Part shown: positions 41,023-53,238 of the stretch, piece after piece
How positions within the stretch are numbered: the first letter of the stretch is position 1
How the letters are laid out: every line of letters begins with the position of its first letter
From: Flectonema sp. DT1601
Lineage: Eukaryota
Assembly (NCBI GenBank): GCA_964019425.1
Contig: OZ025788.1
Location: 1,178,001-1,242,000, forward strand
Direction: 5' to 3'
Length of the DNA stretch: 64,000 nucleotides
Notes under the pieces: model-generated
What the model was told of the DNA's origin: nothing
Seen by the model: the letters and a program-made list of their open reading frames with translations, nothing else
Databases searched by the model: none
Program-made: the position numbers and the translations under genes

Positions 41023-42429
41023 ATGAAGTCTGCCTGCATTGCTTTGCTGGCCGCAGCGAGCGTCAGCGCCTCTGACGAGATGAACTTCACTGCAACAGGA
41101 CAGTGCTATCATCATGAGAAGTGTCGTTTAAAGCCATTGGCTAACTTTAGAATGGCTCAGATGATGGCTGAGAAGCAAGCTCTCTATGATGAGTGTACCA
41201 AGGATAGAACATGTCCATATCCAATGGCAAGCGCATCTAAGCAGAAGTGTGTCGACGGAAGTGTTTCATTTGGAGGACAGACTTACCCATGTGACGGTAT
41301 TGATCTGATGTCTTTTGTATCAGCAGCAGACTTAGGATCTGCTGTCAGAGGTAACGACATCTGGGGATGGACTGATCCAGTCAGCGGACATGAAATCGCC
41401 ATCATGTGTCTTGCAGATGGAACTTCCTTTATTGATATCACAGATGCCGAGAACCCAACTGTTTTAGGATACCTACGTGGTCACAGATACCCAGCTGCTA
41501 CATCATGGAGAGATGTTAAAGTATTTAACAATCATGCTTACATTGGTTCTGAAGTTGCCGATCATGGTCTTCAGGTATTCGATTTAAGAACTTTGAAGAG
41601 TTACTATGGACGTACAGGAGCTGTCGCACCATTATTGACTGAGACATACTTGTACACTGAGTTTGGATCAAGTCATAATATTGTGATTAATGAAGAAAGT
41701 GGATTCTTGTATGCTGTTGGATCGAAGACTTTCAGAGGAGGACCTCACATTCTTGATTTGAGCAACCCATCAAAGCCAATCTTCGCTACTGGTTGGGATA
41801 CTGATGGATACACTCACGATGCTCAATGTGTTATCTACAAGGGACCTGATCTCAGATACAAAAACAAGGAGGTTTGCTTCTTGTACAACGAAGACACTCT
41901 CACTATCCTTGATGTCACTGACAAGAAAAATCTTCAAATGATTTCAAGAATCCCATATCGTAACAACTACTACTGTCATCAGGGATGGTTAAATCATGAG
42001 CAGACTCATCTTCTTATGAATGACGAGTTGGATGAGCAAAGTACTAACGAAAAGAATACCAGAACTCTGTTGTGGGATGTCAGAGACTTGAGAAGCCCTG
42101 TTCACGTTGGTAACCACATCAGTGAAGAAATGTCAATTGATCACAACTTGTACCTTGATGAAAAGAACATTGGATACTGTTCCAACTACTGCTCTGGACT
42201 TAGAGTTCTTGACGCGAATGATATCGCGTCTGGTAAGACTCCAGAACTTGCTTACTTTGATGTTGCGCCATATTGTAATACTCGTACTACTGCAGGTGTC
42301 TCATTTCAGGGTACTTGGTCTAACTACCCATATTTCAAGTCTGGAAACATTGCTGTTAGCAGTATTGAACTTGGTCTCTTCGTCCTCCGCATTCAGGACG
42401 AGAGACTTGCCAACCGTACTTCACACTAG
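41023..42429 (+). CDS. Secreted choice-of-anchor-B / LVIVD-repeat family protein
   Basis: Signal peptide MKSACIALLAAASVSA; YPCDGIDLMSF, GNDIWGWTDP, SWRDVKV, HGLQVFDL, SHNIVINEESG, DGYTHDAQCVIY, HQGW, NDELDE, IDHNLY, GTWSNYPYFKSG. Confidence 0.88.
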   Translation: MKSACIALLAAASVSASDEMNFTATGQCYHHEKCRLKPLANFRMAQMMAEKQALYDECTKDRTCPYPMASASKQKCVDGSVSFGGQTYPCDGIDLMSFVSAADLGSAVRGNDIWGWTDPVSGHEIAIMCLADGTSFIDITDAENPTVLGYLRGHRYPAATSWRDVKVFNNHAYIGSEVADHGLQVFDLRTLKSYYGRTGAVAPLLTETYLYTEFGSSHNIVINEESGFLYAVGSKTFRGGPHILDLSNPSKPIFATGWDTDGYTHDAQCVIYKGPDLRYKNKEVCFLYNEDTLTILDVTDKKNLQMISRIPYRNNYYCHQGWLNHEQTHLLMNDELDEQSTNEKNTRTLLWDVRDLRSPVHVGNHISEEMSIDHNLYLDEKNIGYCSNYCSGLRVLDANDIASGKTPELAYFDVAPYCNTRTTAGVSFQGTWSNYPYFKSGNIAVSSIELGLFVLRIQDERLANRTSH

Positions 42430-43545
42430 TTTTCTTTTCTTTTTAACCCAAATGAAAAAAGGGGGTTTCATAAATAAAGATCAACTCCTTGTTAAGTATT
42501 AGGCTACCTTTCTTTCTTTTTTTGATCTGGTTCGTTGCTCTCATTTAATAGGCAAGAAAACCAACCGCGTGAATGTTTTGTGTAGGTAGCCGTGAGTAGT
42601 TGGTCTGTCTCTCTCTTGCTTTTTTTTTTTCTCTCTTTCCCCTTTTCCAAAAAGACTTTCCTTTTTTTTTTTTTTTTTTTTCCCGATATGGATGCTCTGA
42701 GAATTATAGGGGGAAAATAAAAAATAAAAAAAAAAAAATACTACGCATGTGTTTGCTCTGTTGGGTTTTTTTTTTGTTTCCTTGTAATTCGTGACTCGAA
42801 AAGGGTCGGAATCTGAATTTTTTTAAAACCGCTTTACTACCCTCTCTTAGGGCTTCTCTAACGATGATTTCCCCTCCCCTTTTTTTTAAGACATAGTTAG
42901 GCTAATATTTATTGAAAAAAAAATTTAAAAAAAAAAAAAAAAACTTGTTTAAAAGGAAAAAATCGTAGTGGCAGCATAAATGTCAGTTTTTTTAATTATG
43001 TTGCCATTGCAATCCATAACATAAATAACACTAATTGCTGCTTAACATTTGATTGTGTAAGCGACGAAAACCTTTCAATATTTAGACGTGAAAAGAGCTT
43101 TTATGGGAAAGAGAAAAAAAGAGTCATAACAATATGATATCGTATGTAAAAAATATGAGAGAACTGGTCAACCCCTATCTCTCTCTCCATCGTGTGATGT
43201 TTCTCTATTAAACAACAACATCCTTTTCCCCTTCCACAAACATACTTCTCAAAACGCTCCAGTCGTTTTGTTGTTTTCCCCTTTTCTTTTTAAGTATTTT
43301 TGTTTATTTTATTTCCCCTTTTTCTTCTCTTGTTTAAAAAGTATCACAGCAGTGTGTGTGTTATTCTTCAAGACAGATTTCAATTCATAATAAGATTTGT
43401 GTTTGTTGTTATCGTCGCCGTCAAGAGCTGTGATTGACAGACGTGATAAGGAGAATGAGAAGTACTGCCATTTGTAGTATTTAGTTGTTGTAAAATAGTT
43501 TTATTCTACTAACAGGATTATATTCTTACTTTATAACATCACAAG

Positions 43546-44601
43546 ATGACATACGTGTCGGCGCTTACCCCTCCGTCAAGAGTAGAGTACTACGGAACTC
43601 AAAGACAAGTTCCTAGTCAGAATTGGGATGTTTACAGAAGATATGGTAATTTAGCGAGTCCTGTAGTTAGTGATACCTACAGAGCATCATCTGGTCCACA
43701 AAGTGCTGGGAGATGGGCAACTCCTCCATCAAGAGGACCAATAGCAACCCCTCCTTCATCATCACCTGGTTATGATAGTCCACAGACAACACAGAGATAT
43801 TCAAGTCCTACTTGGGCTGAGAGGTATGCTGACATGCCTAGATTTAGACGTGAGGATGCTTCTTACACCGGTAGGTATGGTGTTGGTACTTCTCCTTTGA
43901 AATCAAGACCTCAAGCATCATACCCACAACATCACCATTCTTCATCTTTAATTGGACCACAATCACAAGAAGACTATGGTAAGTACAGTATAGTTCTTGA
44001 TTTAGATGAGACACTTGTTTATGCTAGACAAGGACCTGTGAGAGCTCGTCCAGGTGCCCAACAATTTTTGAGATCTTTGGGAAGAAGTTGCGAGGCGATC
44101 ATCTGGACTGCAGGAGAAAGTGGCTACGCTCAAAATGCAGTTCGTCAAATTGACACCAACAGAGTTGTAAAACATTCTGTCTACAGGGACTCTAGATGGT
44201 TCGGATCTGATAAGTCTGGTACAAAGAATCTTCGTATGTTAGGGAGGGATATGAATAGATCACTTCTTGTAGAAAACACACCTGACTGTATTCGTGATAA
44301 TCAGGAAAACTCTATCCTTTTACCTGACTATTTAGGAGGTGCTGATACAGGTGCTATGGCTGACTTAGAAAATCTAGTCAGAGACCTTACTAACTCTGGT
44401 ATGACTGTGCAGGACTTCTTAAGAAAAAGTTCCCTAGTTCAGAGAAAGCAATTACCCTGCTCGTCAGGTGATTCTATTAATGCTTATGTTCTTAAGGGAC
44501 ATGATCCAACACAGTATTCTTCTCCACGTCAATCACAGCATCGTTACCCTTCTCCAACTGATTTGTATCCTCGTCGTTTGCATTACGGAAACCGTTACTG
44601 A
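43546..44601 (+). CDS. FCP1/SCP (NLI-interacting factor) family HAD phosphatase
   Basis: IVLDLDETLV, RPGA..FL, IWTAG..YA, KNLRMLGRD...LLVENTP; Ser/Pro/Tyr-rich N-terminus. Confidence 0.92.
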   Translation: MTYVSALTPPSRVEYYGTQRQVPSQNWDVYRRYGNLASPVVSDTYRASSGPQSAGRWATPPSRGPIATPPSSSPGYDSPQTTQRYSSPTWAERYADMPRFRREDASYTGRYGVGTSPLKSRPQASYPQHHHSSSLIGPQSQEDYGKYSIVLDLDETLVYARQGPVRARPGAQQFLRSLGRSCEAIIWTAGESGYAQNAVRQIDTNRVVKHSVYRDSRWFGSDKSGTKNLRMLGRDMNRSLLVENTPDCIRDNQENSILLPDYLGGADTGAMADLENLVRDLTNSGMTVQDFLRKSSLVQRKQLPCSSGDSINAYVLKGHDPTQYSSPRQSQHRYPSPTDLYPRRLHYGNRY

Positions 44602-44935
44602 GTCAGTTTAAAAAAAAAAAATAAGAATAATTCTTCTCCGCCATTGCTAGTTACCTCTTTGGATAGAAGACTTCAACTATCGACATTATAAGGTTAGCCA
44701 CAACTTCTTATTAAGTTTGTTGCAAAAATCAGAGCAAAAAACCGTAGACCGACTTAAACTGAGAAAGCTAAAGGAGGTTTTTACGTGTGTTGCTTCAAAC
44801 TGATAAATTTTGTTCAGAAGCTGGGGCCAACCACAGTTGTAGTTGTTGGCTTACGGTAAACCCAATAGGCTGCTATTTGTTGATGTTTATTGTGTTCCCT
44901 TTATCCTCTGACATCAAGCAAGATGCTGACGGAAC

Positions 44936-44967
<32 letters not shown>

Positions 44968-46081
44968 TCCTCTCCATTTCCTCAGAATTATTTTGTATAA
45001 TCTCCTTTTTATTTTATTTTATTTTTTTTGTTCTCTCAAATAATTTTCCCACAAACGGTCTTTTTGTTAGCATTGAGGGAAGTATGGCTTCTGTACAAAT
45101 TCTGTCGTTGAGCAAGTTTGACTGAATGGCCCACATGCAACGCTTTTCTTGATTTCAGCTTCGTTGCTATCATTTTTACTTGATCGTCTTTTTCTCAATT
45201 TGTTATACGAGCTATAAAAAAAAAAAAAAACTTTTTTCCATAGTTGATTTTTTTACAAAGTAAGTTGTGACATTATAACGGTTGTTTGATTGTCATGTCA
45301 GCAAGGGTTAGTCACTTTTGTGTATATTCAAAAGGGGGGAAAAAAAAAGAATACCCGCCTTTCCAGGTTTTTATTTATGTGTACTGCCTCTCTGCTTATT
45401 TCTTTTTGTTATATAACACAACGTGCTGATATGGCAATATCCACGTCTACGAGGGGGCTTCTTCTCGAGGGAAGATTAGTTTTTTTTAGGTTTTCTTTTT
45501 TTGAATTTTTCATTGGGACAGCCTTCGTGGGCTCATCTTTTTCAAAATATATCAGGATCGTGTTCTTGTTCCTGTTGAGTTGATAGTGAAGGCAGGCTTC
45601 GTGTTGCCTTTTCTTGTCATCAAGGACCCTTCTACTTGTCACACAGGCAGGAACAGGAGCATGAGAAGGGAAAAAAAAAAGCACTTTTTGTTTGTATGAT
45701 AAGATTTCTGAACCCTCGGTCAAAGTCGAGGTACTTCCTTTCCCTTTTTTTTGTGTGGATTTCTTTCTCGAAAGAAAACTTCGAGAAAAGTATTGCATTT
45801 AAAAATTGTGAGTTCGCTATGTGTTAAAACCTACCCCTAAGAGAACGACAGTTCAACTACACAACCCAAGTTTGAAGTAGTCACCAAGTCCCGTGTACGG
45901 AGATTAACTGTTTCTGCCTCCTTTCCCTCTCGCTCTCTAATCGTGTTCATGAATTCATGTCATTTAGCTATAAGTTATATTACACCAATTGCGACCTTGT
46001 GTGTTGGGATATAAAAAGCCTTCACAAAAAAAAAAATATATATATAAAAGATGAAATAAAATCAATTCTTGAACCCCCCTC

Positions 46082-46139
46082 TGTTGTTTATGATACAATA
46101 CATTTGTATTTTACGTACAAACTCGAACAGTTAATCCCC
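46082..46139 (+). repeat. Dispersed repeat family A, shortest copy, with probable target duplication
   Basis: 58/58 identity to 20867..20924; bounded by CCCCCTCTGTTGTT (46075-46088) and CCCCGTCTGTTGTT (46136-46149). Confidence 0.85.
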
Positions 46140-46925
46140 GTCTGTTGTTACTAAAGTTGTTTCTGAGTACCATTTGTTTCTTGCTTTATGAATTGCTGGA
46201 GGCTTACCTACTGCAACAAAAAAAAAAAAAAAAAAAAAGGAATGAAAGAAGAACTAAAAAAAAAAAAAAAGGAAGATTTTTCCCGTTAGGATTGTTTAAT
46301 TACAAACTGACACAAAAGAAGAAGAAAAAAAAAAAAACAATGGTAGGTCTGCTGTGATCACTCCCCGTTTATGTTGATTAGGTTGTGTAACAAAATAATA
46401 ATTTCCCATTGTTGTGCGAAATGAATAATCCTATTTGTTCCACTCATACGTTTTTTTTTCTTCTTTTTTTTTTTTCCCCTCCGTTCTCCTTTCCAAACTT
46501 GGGAATGGGGGGAAAAAAAAAAAAATAATATTTTTTTGATCAAAGTTTTCTTTTGACAATCGCTCGTTCACTTTCCACACCCTATTGTTATGTCTTGTAT
46601 TGCTTTTTTTTTTTTTTTTTTTTTTTGATCACATCTTTTTAGCATCGCAACCCTTTCGGAAGGCAACTATTGCGTTGCTTTACTTACTTTTACTGGTCAA
46701 AAAATATCCACTTCCCCGCTATTTTGTTATCGCCTATATAAGGCGTCATATACCCACACATGTGCATTGTTGTTCAACTGTTACTATTGTTAGGCATGAT
46801 TTTTCTTTTTTAAAAAAAACATTAGAATCGATACACAAATGGAAAAAAAAAACACTGATGCGGAATCGAACTGAAGACGCAATGTTCAATAAGTGATTCT
46901 ATTCCCCCTCAAAACAGGTGTAAAT

Positions 46926-49196
46926 ATGAATGCTCGAGACAGAGGTATATCACCCACCAGATGGGATACTGTGTCACATGAGACAAGCTCTCTTGTTGAA
47001 GAGATAGACACCACAATGGAGATACTTCAATCTGCTATAAATGGTGAATTAGATCACAGCGCTGAAGTAGAAGCAAAGACAAGATGTCTTGAGAAGTACA
47101 CAGCTGAGTTAGAATTCACTGCAAAAGAAATTGAATGGGAATTGACTGATTGCAAACGTGAGATGGACAAACTTTCAGAAGAACAAACAAAGCTTCTGGA
47201 ACATGAATATATAATTCAAGAACAAGTCAGAGTACTTGAATCAAATTCATTAAAGAATAGCACTCCTGCTTTGATCCATGAATTAGATAAGTCAGAACGA
47301 ACACTTCGTGCTGTAGAGGATCGGTACATTGTTTTAGAAGGCCAGAGTGACTCAACATGGATGGTAGATGCTGCCTTAAGCACTGCTAAAGCACTTGCTG
47401 TCACTCACAAGGGTACTCTTCGGCGAGAACCTGAAGTAGGGTCCTACAGAACTGATTACAATGGCAGAGGTGTTTCTTCAGCACTCGAATACTTCTACGA
47501 TAGGAAACAGGGAGACATCCTTGATGAATTAGTTGCTAATTTAGTATCAAAACAAGAACCAAATACTGAAGCTCACAAAAAAGAAGTCCTAGTCAGGCTA
47601 TGCTATGCGGCTTCTTCTATTAAAAAAAGGCTTCAGAATGCTCCGACGAATCAAACTCGAGGATTAGAGAATCAGAACTTAGTAGAACTTCTAGTTCTTT
47701 GGTTGTACACATCTCACGGTGTTGATATCGACGCTGCGATGGGTTTTGATGTTCCAAAACACGAAGAAGTCTCAACTTGGAATGACTACATAAATCATTA
47801 CAACACTGAAGATCAAGACTCTTCTAAACGTCTTCGAAATGGAAACGTATTTGGTGATGTCAACTGGGCCATGAGAACTGTTCTTCCAGACTCATTGACA
47901 CCCACAGACCTGTTGGGAAAATCTGAACAAAAAAAAGCCAAAGACATTATATTTAAGTGGTGCAAGTTTATAGCAGTCCTATCTCACAGTACTAGTATAA
48001 AAACTGATCAAAGTAAAGCTCCAACTCTCTACAGAGGTTTTGGAGGTCAAGGTGACACTGCGTATGAAGCCATGACCACTCGAACAAACAGAGACCTTCA
48101 CTGGCCAGCATTCAGCAGCTGTGCATTAGACAGAAGTGTGTCACTGTCTTATGTTGATGGTACGGCTCAGAATGCGACTGCAAAGACTGGTGGGGTGGTA
48201 ATTTTTGAAATTACGAAATCATCATTTGGTTATCCACTATGGTTTATATCACAATACCCTGACGAGAGAGAACTACTACTTCCTCCGATGACTTACTTCA
48301 AGGTTATCTCATCAGTCGATAGTGAAGATATAAAAAACAGATGTCTATCAAACTTAAAAGGATCAAACATTACTAGAGATTCAGTCAAAGCTTCTATTGT
48401 CCAATTAGAGGTTAAAGGAACTCTTTGTCTTTCTGATATGAAAGAGTCGTTGAGAAAATGGAAATTAGACTGCGAAAAAAGCAACAGAATGCTCTCTGAT
48501 ATCCTCGCAGAAGTAGACCTGATAGCTTTACCATCAGTTGTTGCTCAGTTACGTGAGCAGCGTCAATCGCTTGAGGCTGAGTTAAGAGAATTAGCCAGAA
48601 CTAGAGACATAATAAAAGGATTCGTTACTGGAGAAGTATCCCAAGCAGCTGATAGAGATAAAATAGTTTCTTCGTTCGTATCTGAAAAAGGAATTCTAGA
48701 AAACAAACTCCAAGAACTACAAGACGGTCTATTATCTGATGAGCTGTCACTCCTAAACACAGATGTTCGATTAAAGCAATATGGACCAACATTTGAATCG
48801 GCGATGCTTTTCTTAAAAGCGACAGTTATCAACTTAGTGACTGACTATGCTTATATTGGTCAGATTCACAGTACGATTGGTAGAAGTGGAGCATGGGATG
48901 GTCTTGAGGCATCATTCGCATTCATCAGACAAACAATAGAGCAATCTCATGGCGAACAACGACAATCTGGGAGGTGGATCCTCCGCTCATCATCATCAAC
49001 AACATCGTATCCACTTACATCAGTCAGTTCTGATCTTTTCAGTGCACTCAAACAGATGGTTGTTTGCTATGACTTGTTACCATACGATGAGCAAGACGCT
49101 CACCCAGCTGCTAAAGAAATAATGCTTAACATTGATATCTTGTGTGACATTGCTAATGAAGCAAAACGTCAAACGGAGAATGCGAGAATGATTTGA
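46926..49196 (+). CDS. Coiled-coil protein with a central R-S-E clade (ARTC-like) ADP-ribosyltransferase domain
   Basis: TLYRG, WPAFSSC, VIFEI and ISQYPDERELLLPP.T.FKV occur in canonical order; no signal peptide. Confidence 0.85.
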   Translation: MNARDRGISPTRWDTVSHETSSLVEEIDTTMEILQSAINGELDHSAEVEAKTRCLEKYTAELEFTAKEIEWELTDCKREMDKLSEEQTKLLEHEYIIQEQVRVLESNSLKNSTPALIHELDKSERTLRAVEDRYIVLEGQSDSTWMVDAALSTAKALAVTHKGTLRREPEVGSYRTDYNGRGVSSALEYFYDRKQGDILDELVANLVSKQEPNTEAHKKEVLVRLCYAASSIKKRLQNAPTNQTRGLENQNLVELLVLWLYTSHGVDIDAAMGFDVPKHEEVSTWNDYINHYNTEDQDSSKRLRNGNVFGDVNWAMRTVLPDSLTPTDLLGKSEQKKAKDIIFKWCKFIAVLSHSTSIKTDQSKAPTLYRGFGGQGDTAYEAMTTRTNRDLHWPAFSSCALDRSVSLSYVDGTAQNATAKTGGVVIFEITKSSFGYPLWFISQYPDERELLLPPMTYFKVISSVDSEDIKNRCLSNLKGSNITRDSVKASIVQLEVKGTLCLSDMKESLRKWKLDCEKSNRMLSDILAEVDLIALPSVVAQLREQRQSLEAELRELARTRDIIKGFVTGEVSQAADRDKIVSSFVSEKGILENKLQELQDGLLSDELSLLNTDVRLKQYGPTFESAMLFLKATVINLVTDYAYIGQIHSTIGRSGAWDGLEASFAFIRQTIEQSHGEQRQSGRWILRSSSSTTSYPLTSVSSDLFSALKQMVVCYDLLPYDEQDAHPAAKEIMLNIDILCDIANEAKRQTENARMI

Positions 49197-49642
49197 AAAA
49201 GTCTCTCAATATAATTATTTCTTAAAAAAAAGAATTAAAAAAAAATAATGAAAGAAAAAAAGTGGGCGCGGTTTAATAACGTCATTCATGTTTAAAGATA
49301 ATAAATGATTAAAAAAAAAAAAAAAGAAAAAAAGAATTAAAAAAAAAAAAAAAGTAAAGTTTTTGTTTGTACCTTTCTTCACTTTAGATGTTAGATAGAT
49401 AGATTAGTTAGACAGCATAAGGCAGACCCTCAGAAATAAAAGTTATTTCCCCTCCCTCAGTACAATATGCTAAGTAGAGTCACTGTAGTGATCCAATAAA
49501 GACGACAGCGTATTATCCAGCCCTCGAATAGAAGGAACGTATTGAAGCTTTTATTAGGAAGAAAAGAGCCTTCCAATGTTCAAAAGAAAGACAACTACGT
49601 CTAATTAAATATATCTTCTCTTCTCAGTTACACAACCACACG

Positions 49643-50818
49643 ATGTTGTCTTTAGTATTTGCATCAACTCTTGCTGTGAAAAGTAATTTCCCACACGGAG
49701 GTGCTCTTTGCACCACAGACTGGAATTGCTCGTTGGGTGGAGTTTGTGAAAATGGAAAATGTACATGTGATCCGTGGTTTACTGGGGCTAATTGCACATT
49801 TTTAAACGTTGTTGATGCAGAGAAGGACTGGGGATTTCAAGTTCCCGGATCATACAGTTGGGGAGGTCATGCTCACTTTGATAAGAAGAGTAACAAATGG
49901 CACGGATTCTTTGCTTTTATGGAAGAACACTGTACTCTGGCTACTTGGATGACCAATTCAGCGATTGTGACGACCACTGCTGACAATCCTGAGGGTCCAT
50001 ACGACCATGAGAACTACACTGTGGTTGATAAGCCGTGGGCACATAATCCTTACATAGTTCAAGATCCAGTCACTGATGAATTCTTATTGTGGCACATTGG
50101 AAATGAAACTATTTTGTATCCGACAAAAAATTGCACCAACGCTACCTCAGCTTCAGACGTCACCAGCGACGAACCTGTTGCATCGCTGCTGTATGTAGAC
50201 AGCTCGAATAATATTTCAGGTCCTTGGAAATCTAATTTTGATATAATGATTGAAGAGTCGTGGGTTAAAAGTGTATCAAACCCTGCGCCATTCTTATATG
50301 AGAATGGTACAGCGATGTTATACATGTCTGTTGCTAACTGTCCAACAGGATGGGGAAGAGCTCCAAGATGTCTATCTCAAGCTCGATCAACAACAGGATG
50401 GAAAGGTCCGTACACTGTAATTGGAAATGAACCTATCGTTAGTCCCGAGTCAGAAGACCCAATGGTGTGGAGAGATCAACGTGGAAACTTTCACTTATTT
50501 AGTAACGTAAACACTTATCACAGAAGATGTCCTCCACACGTACCTTGTGGAGGTCACAGTTGGAGTACTGACGGAATTACTTGGAGTGATCAATTTATCG
50601 GAGCATTCGGTCCAATCATTCACATGGCTGATGGAACAACTTGGAATAATTCATACATTGAACGTCCTCAAGTTGTTCAAAATTCTGATGGGTCACCTCG
50701 TACCTTCTTTACTGGACTTGGTCGTACTTCGTACTATGACAGTATCTCATGGGCCCAGCCATTTTGTACCCAGAAGCTTCTTGAGCAGGGGAAATGTGGA
50801 CCAACAGTTCCTTTATGA
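49643..50818 (+). CDS. Secreted EGF-like plus five-bladed beta-propeller glycoside hydrolase-like (GH43-like) protein
   Basis: Signal peptide; CSLGGVC..GKCTCDPWFTGANC; SWGG, PEGPY, AHNP, SNPAP, EDPMVWRD.RG.FH, S.DG.TW, ERPQ. Confidence 0.78.
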   Translation: MLSLVFASTLAVKSNFPHGGALCTTDWNCSLGGVCENGKCTCDPWFTGANCTFLNVVDAEKDWGFQVPGSYSWGGHAHFDKKSNKWHGFFAFMEEHCTLATWMTNSAIVTTTADNPEGPYDHENYTVVDKPWAHNPYIVQDPVTDEFLLWHIGNETILYPTKNCTNATSASDVTSDEPVASLLYVDSSNNISGPWKSNFDIMIEESWVKSVSNPAPFLYENGTAMLYMSVANCPTGWGRAPRCLSQARSTTGWKGPYTVIGNEPIVSPESEDPMVWRDQRGNFHLFSNVNTYHRRCPPHVPCGGHSWSTDGITWSDQFIGAFGPIIHMADGTTWNNSYIERPQVVQNSDGSPRTFFTGLGRTSYYDSISWAQPFCTQKLLEQGKCGPTVPL

Positions 50819-51891
50819 AATGATCAGCCTTTGACAGAATAGTTAGGGTTAGATATATATTTTTTGAATTCTTCTTTAGGAAAAATCCTAATCCCAACAC
50901 AAAAGTTGGGAGAAGTCCAACCCCAATTAATAAAAAAGCTTTATTTTGCTGACACGGTAGTCAGGTGGGATTTAAAATTACTCAATGCATTTTTCAGGGT
51001 TTTAAAAAAAAAAAAAGTGTTCTGCCTTCGGCGTTCGATCCCGGGTAGCGGGTTTTTTAACCACAGGCCACAAGGCACTTTTTTTGTATAGAGTTGGCGG
51101 GGTTTCAGAAACTTTTGTGTTCGAATTGGAGGTTTTCTATTTTTTTTTTTTTTTTTTCATGTGATTCGTATTAAAACTCTCTCCATTGCCAAGCTGATCC
51201 AATCGCCTTTTCCTGTTATATTTCTAAGTTGGTTCTTTTGCAGCAAGTCTGCGACTTTTTAGAATAAACTTCCCCTCCTTCTGAGATCGGTTCATTCAGT
51301 TGTTGTGTATACTTCACATCTATGTTAACGTAATGGTTACATGAATAGCCATTCCAGTAACAAAAACGTGAGGTGCTCCGTGTACTTACTATGCTGCCGC
51401 TGACAGTTTAAGACTTAGCTTTCCTTTGTGGGACCTCAACAAAATTATCAATTTAATCTCTTCGTTGTTCTTTTATTCTTGTCCCTTCCATGGCCGTCTT
51501 GCGAATGATGTTATTATTTTATTTTTTAAATTAAGAACATTACCGTAGCTGTCAACGCATTGTTATTTATCCAAGTCGGACATTACTCCGTGCCTTGCTA
51601 CATGTTGTTAGATAGTAAGAGAGTGGTGCTATCTTATTTTTTCGTTTTTGTGTCTTGAGAACTATAGTGAATGCCACACGTTCTGCTTCCTAGTGAGATT
51701 TCTTTTGCAACCGGAACTAATTATTAAGGTAGCCACTGTCAATTCATTACAAGAACCTGACCCCTGATTTCGTTTATTGTTGTGGCTTAAACTATTCGAA
51801 AACGTCCACTTCTTTAAACAAACCCGTTGGAAGTATGTTGCGTTATGATCGGTATTTCTTTTTACAACAAAGGTTCGGGAAAAAAAAAAAA

Positions 51892-53238
51892 ATGCCTCCA
51901 ACACCGTCGAAATATGTAAAAAGTCATGCAAGTCCTTCGGAGGTTATTCGTCCGCCAACATTCGCAGCCTCAACAAAGAAGGAAGTAGAGCCTATGCAAT
52001 ATGTTAGAATGCCTGAAGGGGGAACTCTAATGTTGAAGGAAGGATCGATAAAGAAATTAATATCAGCAGTGTATCGCGTTGAGTCAACACACTCAAGTGG
52101 TATGGAGATGGATGTTACTCATATCGTAGAGCCGTTAGTTAAAAATGGATCTCTTCAAGTCGAAGTTTCAAATCAAATTCTAACTGGGCGACGTGAAAAG
52201 ACTCGACGAGACACGGGCAGAGTTTTAATAGTTTCATATGTCCCAGTAAGTGGAGGTATTAATACAGCACTAGCGAAACCTGTTGGAGCTCGTGACCCTG
52301 ACACTCAATTCATGAGAGTCCCAGAACACACACGATTATATCTTCCAAAGAGTACAATCATAGAACTCATATCAGCTGACTACAGGGTTGAGGGTCATGG
52401 AAAAATCGGATTACAAAAAGATGTGACGGATATTATTTATCAAAATTTAGATAGAGGAGGATTAGACATGGTTGTGAATAACTACTCTATGAGAATAAAC
52501 AATGATCCACATCCTGAACAAGAAAAGATACTCATGATTTCATACAAACCTAGACTAGAACCAGCTGAAGTTCTAATCGAAGTACGTGACGGATGTTGGT
52601 TAGAGATACCCGAAGGGAATATTTCAAGACTTGTTGATGCTACTTATGAGATTCCATATCATGATCCTGTTGGTCATGGTTGGGGCGTCGATGTCAAAAA
52701 ACAAATTGAGAACTTTATAAAAAACCAGGGAATCTATCCAGGGCTGTATATCAATACCAGAGTGTTGGGAATTACTTATGATCCTTTTCCTGATTATGCG
52801 AAAGTTTTAAAAATTAGATACCAACCAAGACGACTACTACCTTCGTTAGATGAAAAGCTTCATGACACTGACAGTGTCTTGAAACAAGCAGAAATGTTAT
52901 TACAGAAACCATATCAATGTGGACATGGGAGGTCAAGGCGATCAAAGCTTTTAAAACTGATGACTGAACTCATTCAAAAAGTTATTGACAGCGGTGGATG
53001 GGGTGATCAGCATCTAACTCAAGCACAGAATCTACTCAGAAATGTTAGTAACGATATGGAGACTACTCTCACACATAAATTACTGTCTTATGCCTCAAGT
53101 GGTTATGCTGATGAGGATCTAATAAAGAAGCTTGGATTGGATGACTCATTCCAACCGGGATACAGTCAACCTGAACCCGACCTACACCCGTCAGCAGCAT
53201 ACCATGTTGGGCATCCCTTAGGAGGGAGGAGACAGTGA
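51892..53238 (+). CDS. Protein with three ~90-aa DUF3395-like repeats (paralogue 1)
   Basis: Repeated pattern PEG..L.LP...I..LISA.Y.V....G...DVT.......G.L...V.N......DP.P...K.L.I.Y.P; ATG after the poly-A at 51892. Confidence 0.75.
   Translation: MPPTPSKYVKSHASPSEVIRPPTFAASTKKEVEPMQYVRMPEGGTLMLKEGSIKKLISAVYRVESTHSSGMEMDVTHIVEPLVKNGSLQVEVSNQILTGRREKTRRDTGRVLIVSYVPVSGGINTALAKPVGARDPDTQFMRVPEHTRLYLPKSTIIELISADYRVEGHGKIGLQKDVTDIIYQNLDRGGLDMVVNNYSMRINNDPHPEQEKILMISYKPRLEPAEVLIEVRDGCWLEIPEGNISRLVDATYEIPYHDPVGHGWGVDVKKQIENFIKNQGIYPGLYINTRVLGITYDPFPDYAKVLKIRYQPRRLLPSLDEKLHDTDSVLKQAEMLLQKPYQCGHGRSRRSKLLKLMTELIQKVIDSGGWGDQHLTQAQNLLRNVSNDMETTLTHKLLSYASSGYADEDLIKKLGLDDSFQPGYSQPEPDLHPSAAYHVGHPLGGRRQ

Noticed and set aside
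51020..51060. GTTCGATCCCG B-box-like motif followed by a T run
   Set aside because: No A box or cloverleaf could be built, so it is insufficient for a tRNA call.
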